Shown piece after piece: positions 49,675 to 58,056 of a stretch of 64,000 nucleotides of DNA; within the stretch, counting starts at the first letter, position 1, and the number at the start of each line of letters is the position of its first letter. The position numbers were made by a program, and so were the translations under genes. Where the stretch lies: NCBI GenBank assembly GCA_011170285.1, contig DUEE01000002.1:64253-128252 (forward strand), in the 5' to 3' direction. The notes under the pieces are model-generated. The model was not told the origin of the DNA and did not search any database. It saw only the letters and a list, made by a program, of their open reading frames with translations. This DNA is from Dehalococcoidia bacterium (lineage in GTDB: Bacteria; Chloroflexota; Dehalococcoidia; Dehalococcoidales; W498).

Positions 49675-50886
49675 ATGGAATTCAATTATGTAGCTTATAC
49701 TGAAGACAAAAGATTGGTCAAAGGTAAACTTTCGGCTACCAGTGAGGAAGCGGCCATCAATCTACTCAGTTATGGTGGCTATCAGGTGGTTAACCTGAAA
49801 TCGTTCACTCCCTTTTTCAATACAGAAAAGCTGGCAGCCTACTTTTCCCGGATACAGCCAAGGGAAATTATAATGTTCTCCCGTCAGTTGGCGTTACTCC
49901 TTGAAACAGGTACTGATATTGTCGCCTCTTTAGAGCTATTACAAAGCCAGGTAACCAATCGCAGCCTAAAAAAGGTAATTGGCGAGGTTGCCTCTGACAT
50001 TCGCGGTGGCAGTTCGTTATCAGCCGCTCTAAGTAAACACCCTCGGGCTTTCCCTGAAATCTACCATCGGACAATAGCTGCTGGTGAGCAGGGCGGCAAT
50101 CTAGACATAGTGCTAAGACAAATGGCTGATCATTTTGAGAGGGGAGTTACCACGGAAAAGAAGATTAAGAATGCCCTGACCTATCCCTTTATTGTTGCCT
50201 TTGTAGCCGTTATAGTGATAGGTATATTGGTTACCTTTGTTTTGCCCACCTTTACTAGCTTATACACTGCATTTGGGTCTGACTTACCCCCGGCAACGCA
50301 GATACTTATTAGTGTGTCTGATTGGTTTAGCCATTACGGGCTTTATATGCTGCTAGCACTACTGGCGGTTGCTGTCTTAGGCTTTGCCTACATCAAAACC
50401 CCAGCCGGTAAATATCAGTGGGACAGTATAATGCTCAGACTACCCGTATTGGGGCGCATTAACCTCCTTGGCGAGCTTTCCCGCTGTTGCCGAATCATAT
50501 CTCTACTATTCAGGGTTGGCTTGCCCTTACCTGAAATCATGACTATGTCTATTCAAGGCAGCAATAATAAGGTTGTGGCTGAGGCTCTAACTGGAATTCA
50601 GCAGGAGTTAGTGAGGGGCGAAGGCTTATCCAAACCTATGGCAAGGAGTAAGCTCTTCCTCCCCTTAATGGTGCAGATGACTGGAGTCGGTGAGGAAACC
50701 GGTAACCTTGACAACACACTAGCCACTGTAGCTGATAGCTATGAGATGGAGGCTGATGATAGGACTAGCTCGGCGGTGGCACTTATTCAACCAGCTATGA
50801 TTTTAATTATCGCCTTGGTAGTTGGTTTTATTGCTGTGTCTATGGTTTCAGCTATGTATTCCATCTATGGGCAGATGGGTGTCTAG
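49675..50886 (+). CDS. pilC: Type IV pilus platform protein (GspF/PilC family)
   Basis: 403 aa with two T2SSF repeats and 3 TM segments. Confidence 0.9.
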   Translation: MEFNYVAYTEDKRLVKGKLSATSEEAAINLLSYGGYQVVNLKSFTPFFNTEKLAAYFSRIQPREIIMFSRQLALLLETGTDIVASLELLQSQVTNRSLKKVIGEVASDIRGGSSLSAALSKHPRAFPEIYHRTIAAGEQGGNLDIVLRQMADHFERGVTTEKKIKNALTYPFIVAFVAVIVIGILVTFVLPTFTSLYTAFGSDLPPATQILISVSDWFSHYGLYMLLALLAVAVLGFAYIKTPAGKYQWDSIMLRLPVLGRINLLGELSRCCRIISLLFRVGLPLPEIMTMSIQGSNNKVVAEALTGIQQELVRGEGLSKPMARSKLFLPLMVQMTGVGEETGNLDNTLATVADSYEMEADDRTSSAVALIQPAMILIIALVVGFIAVSMVSAMYSIYGQMGV

Positions 50887-50898
50887 GAGACGAGACTT

Positions 50899-51321
50899 AT
50901 GAAAAATGAAAAGGGATTCAGCCTGATAGAGGTGCTGGTAGCCCTGGCTTTGCTGGGCATAATTGCGGCTGCCTTTCTCGGTGGTATAGCTACTGCCTCT
51001 AAAGCTGCCCTTATTGCCGATAAGCGAACCAATGCTGAAAGCCTGGCCCGAACTCAGATGGAATATGTCAGGGAGCAGGCTTATAGTATTGCTCCTTGGG
51101 ATTACACGGTCACTTCTTCACAACGTAGTTCAACAGACCAACCATCTTGGTGGAATAATGATAACCCGCCATTGCTTTCTAATAATTATGATGGCTATAC
51201 CGCTAATGTCATCGCCGAGCTTTTACATGATACTGACGATGGCATCCAGCAAATAACTGTAACCGTTAGTCATGGTGGGGAAGCGGTAATTACATTAAAG
51301 AGTTATAGATCAGTGCGATGA
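50899..51321 (+). CDS. Prepilin-type N-terminal cleavage/methylation domain protein (minor pilin)
   Basis: Class III signal MKNEKG/FSLIEVLVALALLGI. Confidence 0.8.
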   Translation: MKNEKGFSLIEVLVALALLGIIAAAFLGGIATASKAALIADKRTNAESLARTQMEYVREQAYSIAPWDYTVTSSQRSSTDQPSWWNNDNPPLLSNNYDGYTANVIAELLHDTDDGIQQITVTVSHGGEAVITLKSYRSVR

Positions 51322-51881
51322 TATTTCACAGGCTAAGGTTGATAAACAAAAACCAGAGGGGCTTTACCTTAATAGAGATATTAGTAGCCCTGGCTATTAC
51401 CGGTCTCATTACCGGGGGTATTACTGGGACTATTTTCCAGGTGATTACCATAGAGGCCCGCACCTCCAATCATATGACCGCAGTCAGACAGGTGCAGAAT
51501 GCTGGCTTCTGGGTCAGTCGCGACGCTACTATGGCTCAGACTGTGGATCTTGAGTGGCAAGGAGAAACCCCGTCAGGTTCAAAGTTTCCTCTTAAATTAA
51601 CCTGGACCGAATGGGATAATAATGAGAAGTATGAGGTTATTTATACCCTGCAAAATATGATTGGCGGACCCAAGCAGCTCCAGAGACAGCATTTGACTTA
51701 CGATGCTGACGGCTATGAAATAGGGAATGAGACGACCATTTTGGCCCAATATATTATCCCTGGCGTAGGCCAGACTCGTCTTGATTTTACCGATGGCAAG
51801 CTTACTCTAACGGTAACTGCCACCGTGGAGAGACAAAGTGAGACCAGAACATATGAGGTTATCCCCAGACCCGGCATGTAA
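51318..51881 (+). CDS. Prepilin-type N-terminal cleavage/methylation domain protein (minor pilin)
   Basis: NQRG/FTLIEILVALAITGL. ATGA overlap with the upstream gene. Confidence 0.75.
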   Translation: MIFHRLRLINKNQRGFTLIEILVALAITGLITGGITGTIFQVITIEARTSNHMTAVRQVQNAGFWVSRDATMAQTVDLEWQGETPSGSKFPLKLTWTEWDNNEKYEVIYTLQNMIGGPKQLQRQHLTYDADGYEIGNETTILAQYIIPGVGQTRLDFTDGKLTLTVTATVERQSETRTYEVIPRPGM

Positions 51882-51906
51882 GGTACAAAGGGAGTATGGT
51901 AGTAAG

Positions 51907-54312
51907 ATGAAAAAAATGTCATTGGAAAAAATAATCAAAAACGAGACGGGACAGGTGATGATTATGGTCCTGATTCTGCTGGTGGTAGGCAGTCTTATCA
52001 TTACCCCGCTCCTGGCTTATGTGAGCACCGGGCTTAATGTTGGACGAGAAGTCTATGAAGAAAAGATGGATAGTTTTTATGCCGCTGACTCTGGGGTTGA
52101 GGACGCCTTATGGCAAATAAAGTATGACAAGCTAACCGAGTTATTCGAATATGATACTCCCGCGTATGACCCGTATGCCTATTATGAATACAGCTCTTCA
52201 AACCAATGGGATTATTACCTATCCGAGCCGATAAATGGCGATAGCGTAAATGTTACCATAGGAAATAGCTGGATTCCTCAGATAACACCAATCCCAGATG
52301 AGGACGAGGCGAGGCTAATTATTGAGGGTATCGACAACGAGCCTCCCAAGCTGATAATAGTTGGTAGTGTCTCAGGGACTTCAGAATATCAAATCAAGAT
52401 ATACTATTACAAAGAGGATACAGATGACCCTTTGGAAGTAGAATCGCTAGGCATATGGCTACCACCCGGCTTCAACTATGATGTAGATGGACAGGAAGAG
52501 GATGACTTTGAGGCTTACCTAGAGGCCAATTTCCCAGGGGATTATTCTAGGAAAATCACCACTCACAATGGTGGTGAAGCTGTAGTCTGGACTTTCAGTC
52601 CCGCTGTTCTCTTTACTGACTTACCAGAGGTTAACCCACAGGACCAGCCAATGGAGAGCATTATCACCTTCCAATTTACTGGTCCATTGGGGCAGAGTCC
52701 CGGAGCCGTTTCCTGGATAGATACCAACTTGGACTTAAGTGGCGGTGCCGATATTACCTATACCTGGGATGCCGATATTAAAGTCTATAAGATTACCTCC
52801 ACGGCTACTGATACTACTACCGATAAGCAAACTATTGTTGAAGCTTATACTGCCAAATGTGAGCTGCGGAAACTGGGCTCAGCCATAGGCGGAGAATACC
52901 GGGCTGCAGGCGCTACCTTAATGATAGACGAGAATCCTTGGCATAAGCCGCCGATAAGAGATACCTTGCTTGGTGCGAGCAGTGTCGAGGTTGACGATAT
53001 CCCGGTTGATGCCGAAGTGGAAAAAGCTTATCTTTACTGGTCAGCCTGGCTAGCGGATACTGGCGAGGAAATACTATTCTGGGACTATTGTACAGACCTT
53101 GATAACGGGAATTGGGATTACGGTAGTGATTGGCACGAATCTGGGTCTTCTACTGCGTTTTACGCGCATCATGATGGTGGTGGCAGAGAACTTAAAATGG
53201 AAAATACGCTGGATTTACACGCTTACGAACCTGAAACGGTTACCGCTTCCTGGCGAAATTGGACATACCGTAGCTGGCCGCAAGGAAGTGATGATTGTCT
53301 TCAATATGGCTTCTATGATAACGGTAGCAGCAGTTGGGACTGGTATAGTGACCTTGGGATCTGCGGAAACATTGGTACGTCTCCAGTAAATTACACTGTT
53401 ACTGTTCCTGATACGTATTTGACCAGTACCTTTAAGATAGGGTTTAGGATACAAAGCTACAGTGATGATAACGAGTATATCTACATAGATAATGTCAAAA
53501 TCTCTGTGCAGACAGGGACGATAGCCGATACCTCAGCTATTTTTAAGATAGATGGTGACCAGGTTTACTTTGATGAAGGTGGTGTTCCCACTAAAGGTGC
53601 TGAGGAGATAACCGCTTCTGAATGGTCACTCCTGGAGAATGAACCTGGTGAGTATTCCTATTCTTGCTATCTGGATGTAACCCAATTGGTCAGGACATTT
53701 TCTGACGAGGGCGATAACGGTAATTACCCCGGTAATGCTACCTACATCGTTGGTGGCGTAGATGGGGACACGGGTAACGAATGGTCCTACGCTGCTTGGT
53801 CGCTGATAATCATCTACTCCAGCCCTGAGACGCACGGGCACCAGCTCTATCTGTATGATGACTTTATCTACTCTGGTATGAACTGCAATGTTGATTTTGA
53901 TGGCGATGGCGAAGAAGGGGGCACGATTAGTGGCTTCTTGGTTCCAGAGCCTATTAGGGACCCTGATACCGGTGAAATCATCGAAGAGAACGCGGCTAAA
54001 CTGACCTGCTTTGTCGGCGAGGGGGATGATTACTATAACGATGATTATCTCAAATTTAATGGGACTCGTCTCTCTGATGGTAAAACCAAATGGGATGTGT
54101 GGAACTCGTGGTCTCTGGGGATGAGCGAGGATGGCATAGATATTGATACCTTTTATGTTACCTGGGCGAGTGACCTATTGAAGCCAGAGGATACATCAGC
54201 TCAGGTGGACTTACCTACGGAGACTGACTCCTGGAACTTAGTCTATATCATCCTCTCCTTCCGCAGTGCGACCACCACCGGTGGCACTATGACCTACCTG
54301 GTGAGGGGATAA
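51907..54312 (+). CDS. Large PilX/TadG-like pilus-associated protein (putative tip or adhesin)
   Basis: ATG 51907 (behind AGGGAG) gives about 801 aa. The N-terminus ETGQVMIMVLILLVVGSLIITPLLAY is a PilX_N-like hydrophobic helix without the GFTLxE signal. The remainder is acidic and Trp/Tyr/Asp-rich. Confidence 0.6.
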   Translation: MKKMSLEKIIKNETGQVMIMVLILLVVGSLIITPLLAYVSTGLNVGREVYEEKMDSFYAADSGVEDALWQIKYDKLTELFEYDTPAYDPYAYYEYSSSNQWDYYLSEPINGDSVNVTIGNSWIPQITPIPDEDEARLIIEGIDNEPPKLIIVGSVSGTSEYQIKIYYYKEDTDDPLEVESLGIWLPPGFNYDVDGQEEDDFEAYLEANFPGDYSRKITTHNGGEAVVWTFSPAVLFTDLPEVNPQDQPMESIITFQFTGPLGQSPGAVSWIDTNLDLSGGADITYTWDADIKVYKITSTATDTTTDKQTIVEAYTAKCELRKLGSAIGGEYRAAGATLMIDENPWHKPPIRDTLLGASSVEVDDIPVDAEVEKAYLYWSAWLADTGEEILFWDYCTDLDNGNWDYGSDWHESGSSTAFYAHHDGGGRELKMENTLDLHAYEPETVTASWRNWTYRSWPQGSDDCLQYGFYDNGSSSWDWYSDLGICGNIGTSPVNYTVTVPDTYLTSTFKIGFRIQSYSDDNEYIYIDNVKISVQTGTIADTSAIFKIDGDQVYFDEGGVPTKGAEEITASEWSLLENEPGEYSYSCYLDVTQLVRTFSDEGDNGNYPGNATYIVGGVDGDTGNEWSYAAWSLIIIYSSPETHGHQLYLYDDFIYSGMNCNVDFDGDGEEGGTISGFLVPEPIRDPDTGEIIEENAAKLTCFVGEGDDYYNDDYLKFNGTRLSDGKTKWDVWNSWSLGMSEDGIDIDTFYVTWASDLLKPEDTSAQVDLPTETDSWNLVYIILSFRSATTTGGTMTYLVRG

Positions 54313-54340
54313 AGGCTTTGTTTATCAATTTAATGTAGCA

Positions 54341-54520
54341 AGGAAAATTTAAAAGTTAAAAGATTAAAAGTTAAAAATAAAAATGAATAAATTTAAAGAC
54401 TTGACCGTTGATGAATTGGAGTATTTAATAGGTAGAAAATGTAAAAGTTGAAAATAAAAATGGGGGAAGATAAAAGATTAAGGGTTAAAATGTAAAAATG
54501 GATAAAAGGGAAAGTAGGAA
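54341..54520 (+). repeat. AT-rich repeat leader copy 1 (TTAAAAG-type short tandem units plus GGAAATGTAAAAGTTAAAAATAAAAATG plus AAAGACTTGACCGTTGATGAATTGGAGTATTTAATAG)
   Basis: Shares blocks with 55031-55163, 55674-55736 and 61543-61612. Ends in TAGGAAATG, whose ATG is the hicB start. Confidence 0.75.
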
Positions 54521-54736
54521 ATGAAGCATATTACCATTACTGCTGAATTGATAAAAGAGGAAGAAGGAGGCTATACCGTTTACTGCCCGGAACTGGATGT
54601 TTATACTCAGGGAGATGACATAGAAGACGCTATCAAAAACCTTAAAGAGGCTGCCGAACTCCACATAGAGGAGTTAGGAATAGAGAACATCAAGCTGAAA
54701 GAAATACAGCGGAGACAGATAGAAATGGTAGTTTAA
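54521..54736 (+). CDS. hicB: HicB-family antitoxin (pair 1)
   Basis: 71 aa with EEEGGYTVYCPELDVYTQGDDIEDAIKNLKEAAELHIE (UPF0150 pattern). Confidence 0.85.
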   Translation: MKHITITAELIKEEEGGYTVYCPELDVYTQGDDIEDAIKNLKEAAELHIEELGIENIKLKEIQRRQIEMVV

Positions 54737-54737
54737 C

Positions 54738-54974
54738 ATGCCTAGACTGCCGAGGATAACAGGAAAGGAATTAGTGAAGGCATTGCAAAAGGAAGGTTTT
54801 GAAATTACACGGCAAAAGGGAAGCCATGTGCAGATGACAAAGTATATTGTTGGTGATAAATTAACCTTTCCTGTTCCCGTTCATGCTGGCAAAATCGTTA
54901 AACAAGGGACTTTAAAGGGGATACTGAGAAAGGCAAACATTCCTGTGGAGCGACTGGATAGACTCCTTAAATGA
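54738..54974 (+). CDS. hicA: HicA-family mRNA interferase toxin (pair 1)
   Basis: 78 aa with ITGKELVKALQKEGFEITRQKGSHVQM. Confidence 0.88.
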   Translation: MPRLPRITGKELVKALQKEGFEITRQKGSHVQMTKYIVGDKLTFPVPVHAGKIVKQGTLKGILRKANIPVERLDRLLK

Positions 54975-55030
54975 TGGGAGATTAACTAGCAATAGGAATA
55001 GTAGATTAGGTTAAGTAAAATAGCCAGGCT

Positions 55031-55163
55031 AGGAAATGTAAAAGCTAAAAATAAAAATGAAAAAATTAGAGTGTTTAATAGAGTAGGAAATGTATAGGAA
55101 ATGTAAAAGTTAAAAATTTATAGACTTAACCATTGATGAATTGGAGTATTTAATAGATAGGAA
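55031..55163 (+). repeat. AT-rich repeat leader copy 2
   Basis: AGGAAATGTAAAAGCTAAAAATAAAAATG...AGGAAATGTAAAAGTTAAAAAT..TAGACTTAACCATTGATGAATTGGAGTATTTAATAGATAGGAAATG (hicB start). Confidence 0.75.
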
Positions 55164-55409
55164 ATGAAGACTTATGTTTTTAGAGTAGTGCTTGAACCTG
55201 ATGAAGGTCGCTGGTTTGCTTATTGCCCAGTCCTTGAAGAAAAGGGTGGAGCTACCTGGGGATATACCAGAGAAGAGGCCTTAAGGAATATAAGGGAGGT
55301 GATTGAAATGACAATCGAAGGCCTCATCGAGCGCGGGGAACCAATCCCTGAGCAACCAGAAATGGAAGTAAGGATTTCCCCTGAGCCCCTGGTGGTTGTT
55401 AATGTATGA
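55164..55409 (+). CDS. hicB: HicB-family antitoxin (pair 2)
   Basis: 81 aa with FRVVLEPDEGRWFAYCPVL...YTREEALRNIREVIEMTIEGL. Confidence 0.85.
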   Translation: MKTYVFRVVLEPDEGRWFAYCPVLEEKGGATWGYTREEALRNIREVIEMTIEGLIERGEPIPEQPEMEVRISPEPLVVVNV

Positions 55410-55663
55410 ATGGACTCGATTACTCCAGGCTCCGTTCTATAACTGCCAGGGAGATAATATCAGCTTTAATTAAAGATGGCTTTTACTTCGAACGACAGTC
55501 AGGTAGTCATCAACAATACTATCACCAGGATGGTAGGAGGGTGACGGTTTCTTTTCACCATCCAGGTGACACCTTCACTCCAAAGATTTTGAAGAGCATG
55601 ATTGAAAAGCAGTCCAAGTGGACATACGAAGACCTTAAGAGGTTGAAACTAATAGAACTTTAA
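55406..55663 (+). CDS. hicA: HicA-family toxin (pair 2)
   Basis: 85 aa with ITAREIISALIKDGFYFERQSGSHQQYYH. ATGA overlap with hicB. Confidence 0.85.
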   Translation: MNGLDYSRLRSITAREIISALIKDGFYFERQSGSHQQYYHQDGRRVTVSFHHPGDTFTPKILKSMIEKQSKWTYEDLKRLKLIEL

Positions 55664-55673
55664 GATGAAATGC

Positions 55674-55736
55674 GGGAAATGTAAAGGTTAAAAATAAAAA
55701 TGACAAAAGTTAAAGACTTAACCATTGATGAGTTGG
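55674..55736 (+). repeat. AT-rich repeat copy 3 (no gene attached)
   Basis: GGGAAATGTAAAGGTTAAAAATAAAAATGACAAAAGTTAAAGACTTAACCATTGATGAGTTGG. Confidence 0.7.
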
Positions 55737-55778
55737 GAATAAAGTTTAAGTTGGGAGCAAGCCCGATTAGTTCTTTGT

Positions 55779-55941
55779 GTAATTGCGAAGCACTAACCCT
55801 CTCGTCATTGCGAGGAGTTCTTCCCAGAAGGACGACGAGGCAATCTCGGAGGGGAGGAAACGGAGTGAGATTACAATGAGATTGCTTCGTCCTTTATCCT
55901 TCACCAAAGGGTGAAGGATGAACCGAAGGACTTGCAATGAC
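55779..55941. repeat. MITE/REP-like nested palindrome, family 'A' subfamily 1 (second copy)
   Basis: Near-identical blocks to 42830-43017 (CTCGTCATTGCGAGGAGTTCTTCCCAGAAGGACGACGAGGCAATCTC ... GAGATTGCTTCGTCCTTTATCCTTCACCAAAGGGTGAAGGATGAACCGAAGGACTTGCAATGAC). Confidence 0.75.
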
Positions 55942-55994
55942 ATTCCTTCTATTGAGAAGGAGCTTTGGAAAACCTTTATGGATGGAGTTAAATA

Positions 55995-56582
55995 ATGAGG
56001 ATAAGTAAAACAGCTAAATTAATTCTGGGTATTGGCGTTTTTATCATCGCCGTGGGCGTGCTGGGTTGGGTCTATCTTGAACAGAGGGGTGAGCAGCAGC
56101 GGCTAGATAATAGCCTATCGTTGGCTCAATCTACCCTGCCTACCGTTACTTCACAAAGGGAGGGTCTGGAAAGCCGACTGACCGAAGTGGATACCAAACT
56201 AGCTGAAGCTGAATTATTGCTTGATGGGACAAAGGCAAGTTTCCCTGAATCGGTGGAGAGCATTGAATACGATGAGACAATATTTGACATTGCTGATGAT
56301 TGTAACCTAAAGATAATCAATCTCACTGCGTCAGAGCCACGCGACAAAGAGGATGAGGATATTACCTACTACATTACCTCGTTTGAAGTAGAAGTGGAGG
56401 GCACGGTGGCTCATATCCTTAATTTCATAGAAACCATAGCTACCAGCGACTTCTCACCCGGTGAAACTAGCTTCGTCAACGCCTATATTGAGGCAGTGAG
56501 TATGTCAATTCCTGAACCTGGAGAAGACGAGCAACCGTCAGCTAATATCAGTCTGGCTATATATGGCTATCGAGGTGAATAA
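55995..56582 (+). CDS. pilO: PilO-like pilus assembly protein
   Basis: 195 aa with an N-terminal TM, a coiled coil and a C-terminal alpha/beta domain, adjacent to pilMN. Assigned from architecture only. Confidence 0.6.
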   Translation: MRISKTAKLILGIGVFIIAVGVLGWVYLEQRGEQQRLDNSLSLAQSTLPTVTSQREGLESRLTEVDTKLAEAELLLDGTKASFPESVESIEYDETIFDIADDCNLKIINLTASEPRDKEDEDITYYITSFEVEVEGTVAHILNFIETIATSDFSPGETSFVNAYIEAVSMSIPEPGEDEQPSANISLAIYGYRGE

Positions 56583-56584
56583 CT

Positions 56585-58045
56585 ATGGCAAAGACAGTTA
56601 CTACACTATTTATTAGAGATGATATCATTAACCTGCTGGTAGTTGAGGGCAAGCAGATAAAGCAGTGGGCTAGACTACCACTGGAGCCGGGTCTGGTTAG
56701 GCAAGGGCTTGTTCTTGATGAAGAACAGGTAGCAGATAAGCTCAAAGAGCTATTCAAGCTGGAGAAGGTAAGCACTGATAAGGTCATCGTTGGTTTGAGC
56801 GGGCACAATTCCCTGTATCGCTTGCTAACTCTGCCTGACTTGCCTGAGGCAGTAGTCGCCGAGGCAGTAAGGCATGAAGCCAGAAGAGTGATTCCAGTGC
56901 CTATGGACGAGGTTTACCTTTCATACCAGCTTGTTCCTGCCCCCGAGAAGGAAAGACATGTTTTCCTGGCTGCTTTCCCCCGCAATTTGGTTGATGCCTT
57001 AATCAGGACGCTAAAGCAGGCAGGCATTGAGCCCTATATTATGGACTTGTCCCCGCTAGCCCTGTGCCGAACCCTGTTTGAGCCCAGAGGTATCATTGTC
57101 AATGCCAAGTTAGACCATCTTAACATTATGGTTATGGAAGATAGGCTGCCCGAAGTAATCCGCAGGCTCACCCTACCCGGCGAGGCTAAATCCTTATCGG
57201 AAAAACTGCCCACTATTATTGAAGAGCTTAATAGAACTGTTGCCTTCTATAATTCTAGCCATCAGGATAAGCCTATAGATTCAACCATGCCTGTATTTGT
57301 CTGCGGTGACTTAGCCGAGACACCGGAGAGCTGGCAACCACTGGTTAGTCAGTTGAGCTATTCATTCTCAGCATTACCATCGCCTCTGGAATCCCCTGAA
57401 GGCTTCAATGCCAACGAGTTTATGGTCAATATCGGACTGGCTCTGAAGGAGCTATCACCTGAGAAGTGGGGGATAAACCTCTCATTGGTCAATTTTAATA
57501 CCTTACCTGATGTTTACCTGTCCAAGCCCCTGCGTGTGTCACAAATCCTTATCCCGGCTGGTATCACCGTCGGCATAGGCTTAGTTATCTTTTTGGCATT
57601 TTTTACTTGGAACGGTATGGCTCATAATAAGGTATTGCGCTCCCAACTGGCACCTATTGAGAGCCAAATTAGCCTTGAGCGCGCAGAAATAGCGACCTTG
57701 CAGGAGCAGATAGGACTGATACAAGCCCAGATTGAGCCAGTAGAAACCACCTACAGTATTCTTAATACTACACTTACCTATCTGGGAGAAAGTCGTGAAG
57801 TTGTTGATGGAGATTTAAGTGAGATTGACCGCTTAAAGCCAACCACAGTAGACTTTACTGAGGTTAATCATACCGGTGATACGGTAACTGTCAGTGGCGT
57901 AGCGCCCGATGAGAAAAAGATTTTTAAATATGCTGCGGATTTAAGAAGCTGTGATAGAAACTTTACAGTTATTATATCATCTATTACTGCGATGAGTGAC
58001 GATGAAGGGTTTTATTTCGATTTTCTCCTGAAACACGACGGGTAG
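56585..58045 (+). CDS. pilM: PilM-PilN fusion protein
   Basis: 486 aa. Residues 1-~300 are an actin-like PilM. A TM helix follows (ILIPAGITVGIGLVIFLAFFTW), then a coiled coil and a PilN-like C-terminal domain. Confidence 0.78.
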   Translation: MAKTVTTLFIRDDIINLLVVEGKQIKQWARLPLEPGLVRQGLVLDEEQVADKLKELFKLEKVSTDKVIVGLSGHNSLYRLLTLPDLPEAVVAEAVRHEARRVIPVPMDEVYLSYQLVPAPEKERHVFLAAFPRNLVDALIRTLKQAGIEPYIMDLSPLALCRTLFEPRGIIVNAKLDHLNIMVMEDRLPEVIRRLTLPGEAKSLSEKLPTIIEELNRTVAFYNSSHQDKPIDSTMPVFVCGDLAETPESWQPLVSQLSYSFSALPSPLESPEGFNANEFMVNIGLALKELSPEKWGINLSLVNFNTLPDVYLSKPLRVSQILIPAGITVGIGLVIFLAFFTWNGMAHNKVLRSQLAPIESQISLERAEIATLQEQIGLIQAQIEPVETTYSILNTTLTYLGESREVVDGDLSEIDRLKPTTVDFTEVNHTGDTVTVSGVAPDEKKIFKYAADLRSCDRNFTVIISSITAMSDDEGFYFDFLLKHDG

Positions 58046-58056
58046 GAGGTTAAGAT

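Noticed and set aside
51838-51906. Upstream extension of the large PilX-like ORF (track start 51838)
   Set aside because: It would overlap the preceding pseudopilin gene by 44 nt and add a non-hydrophobic leader. ATG 51907 has an AGGGAG SD and starts just before the hydrophobic helix.
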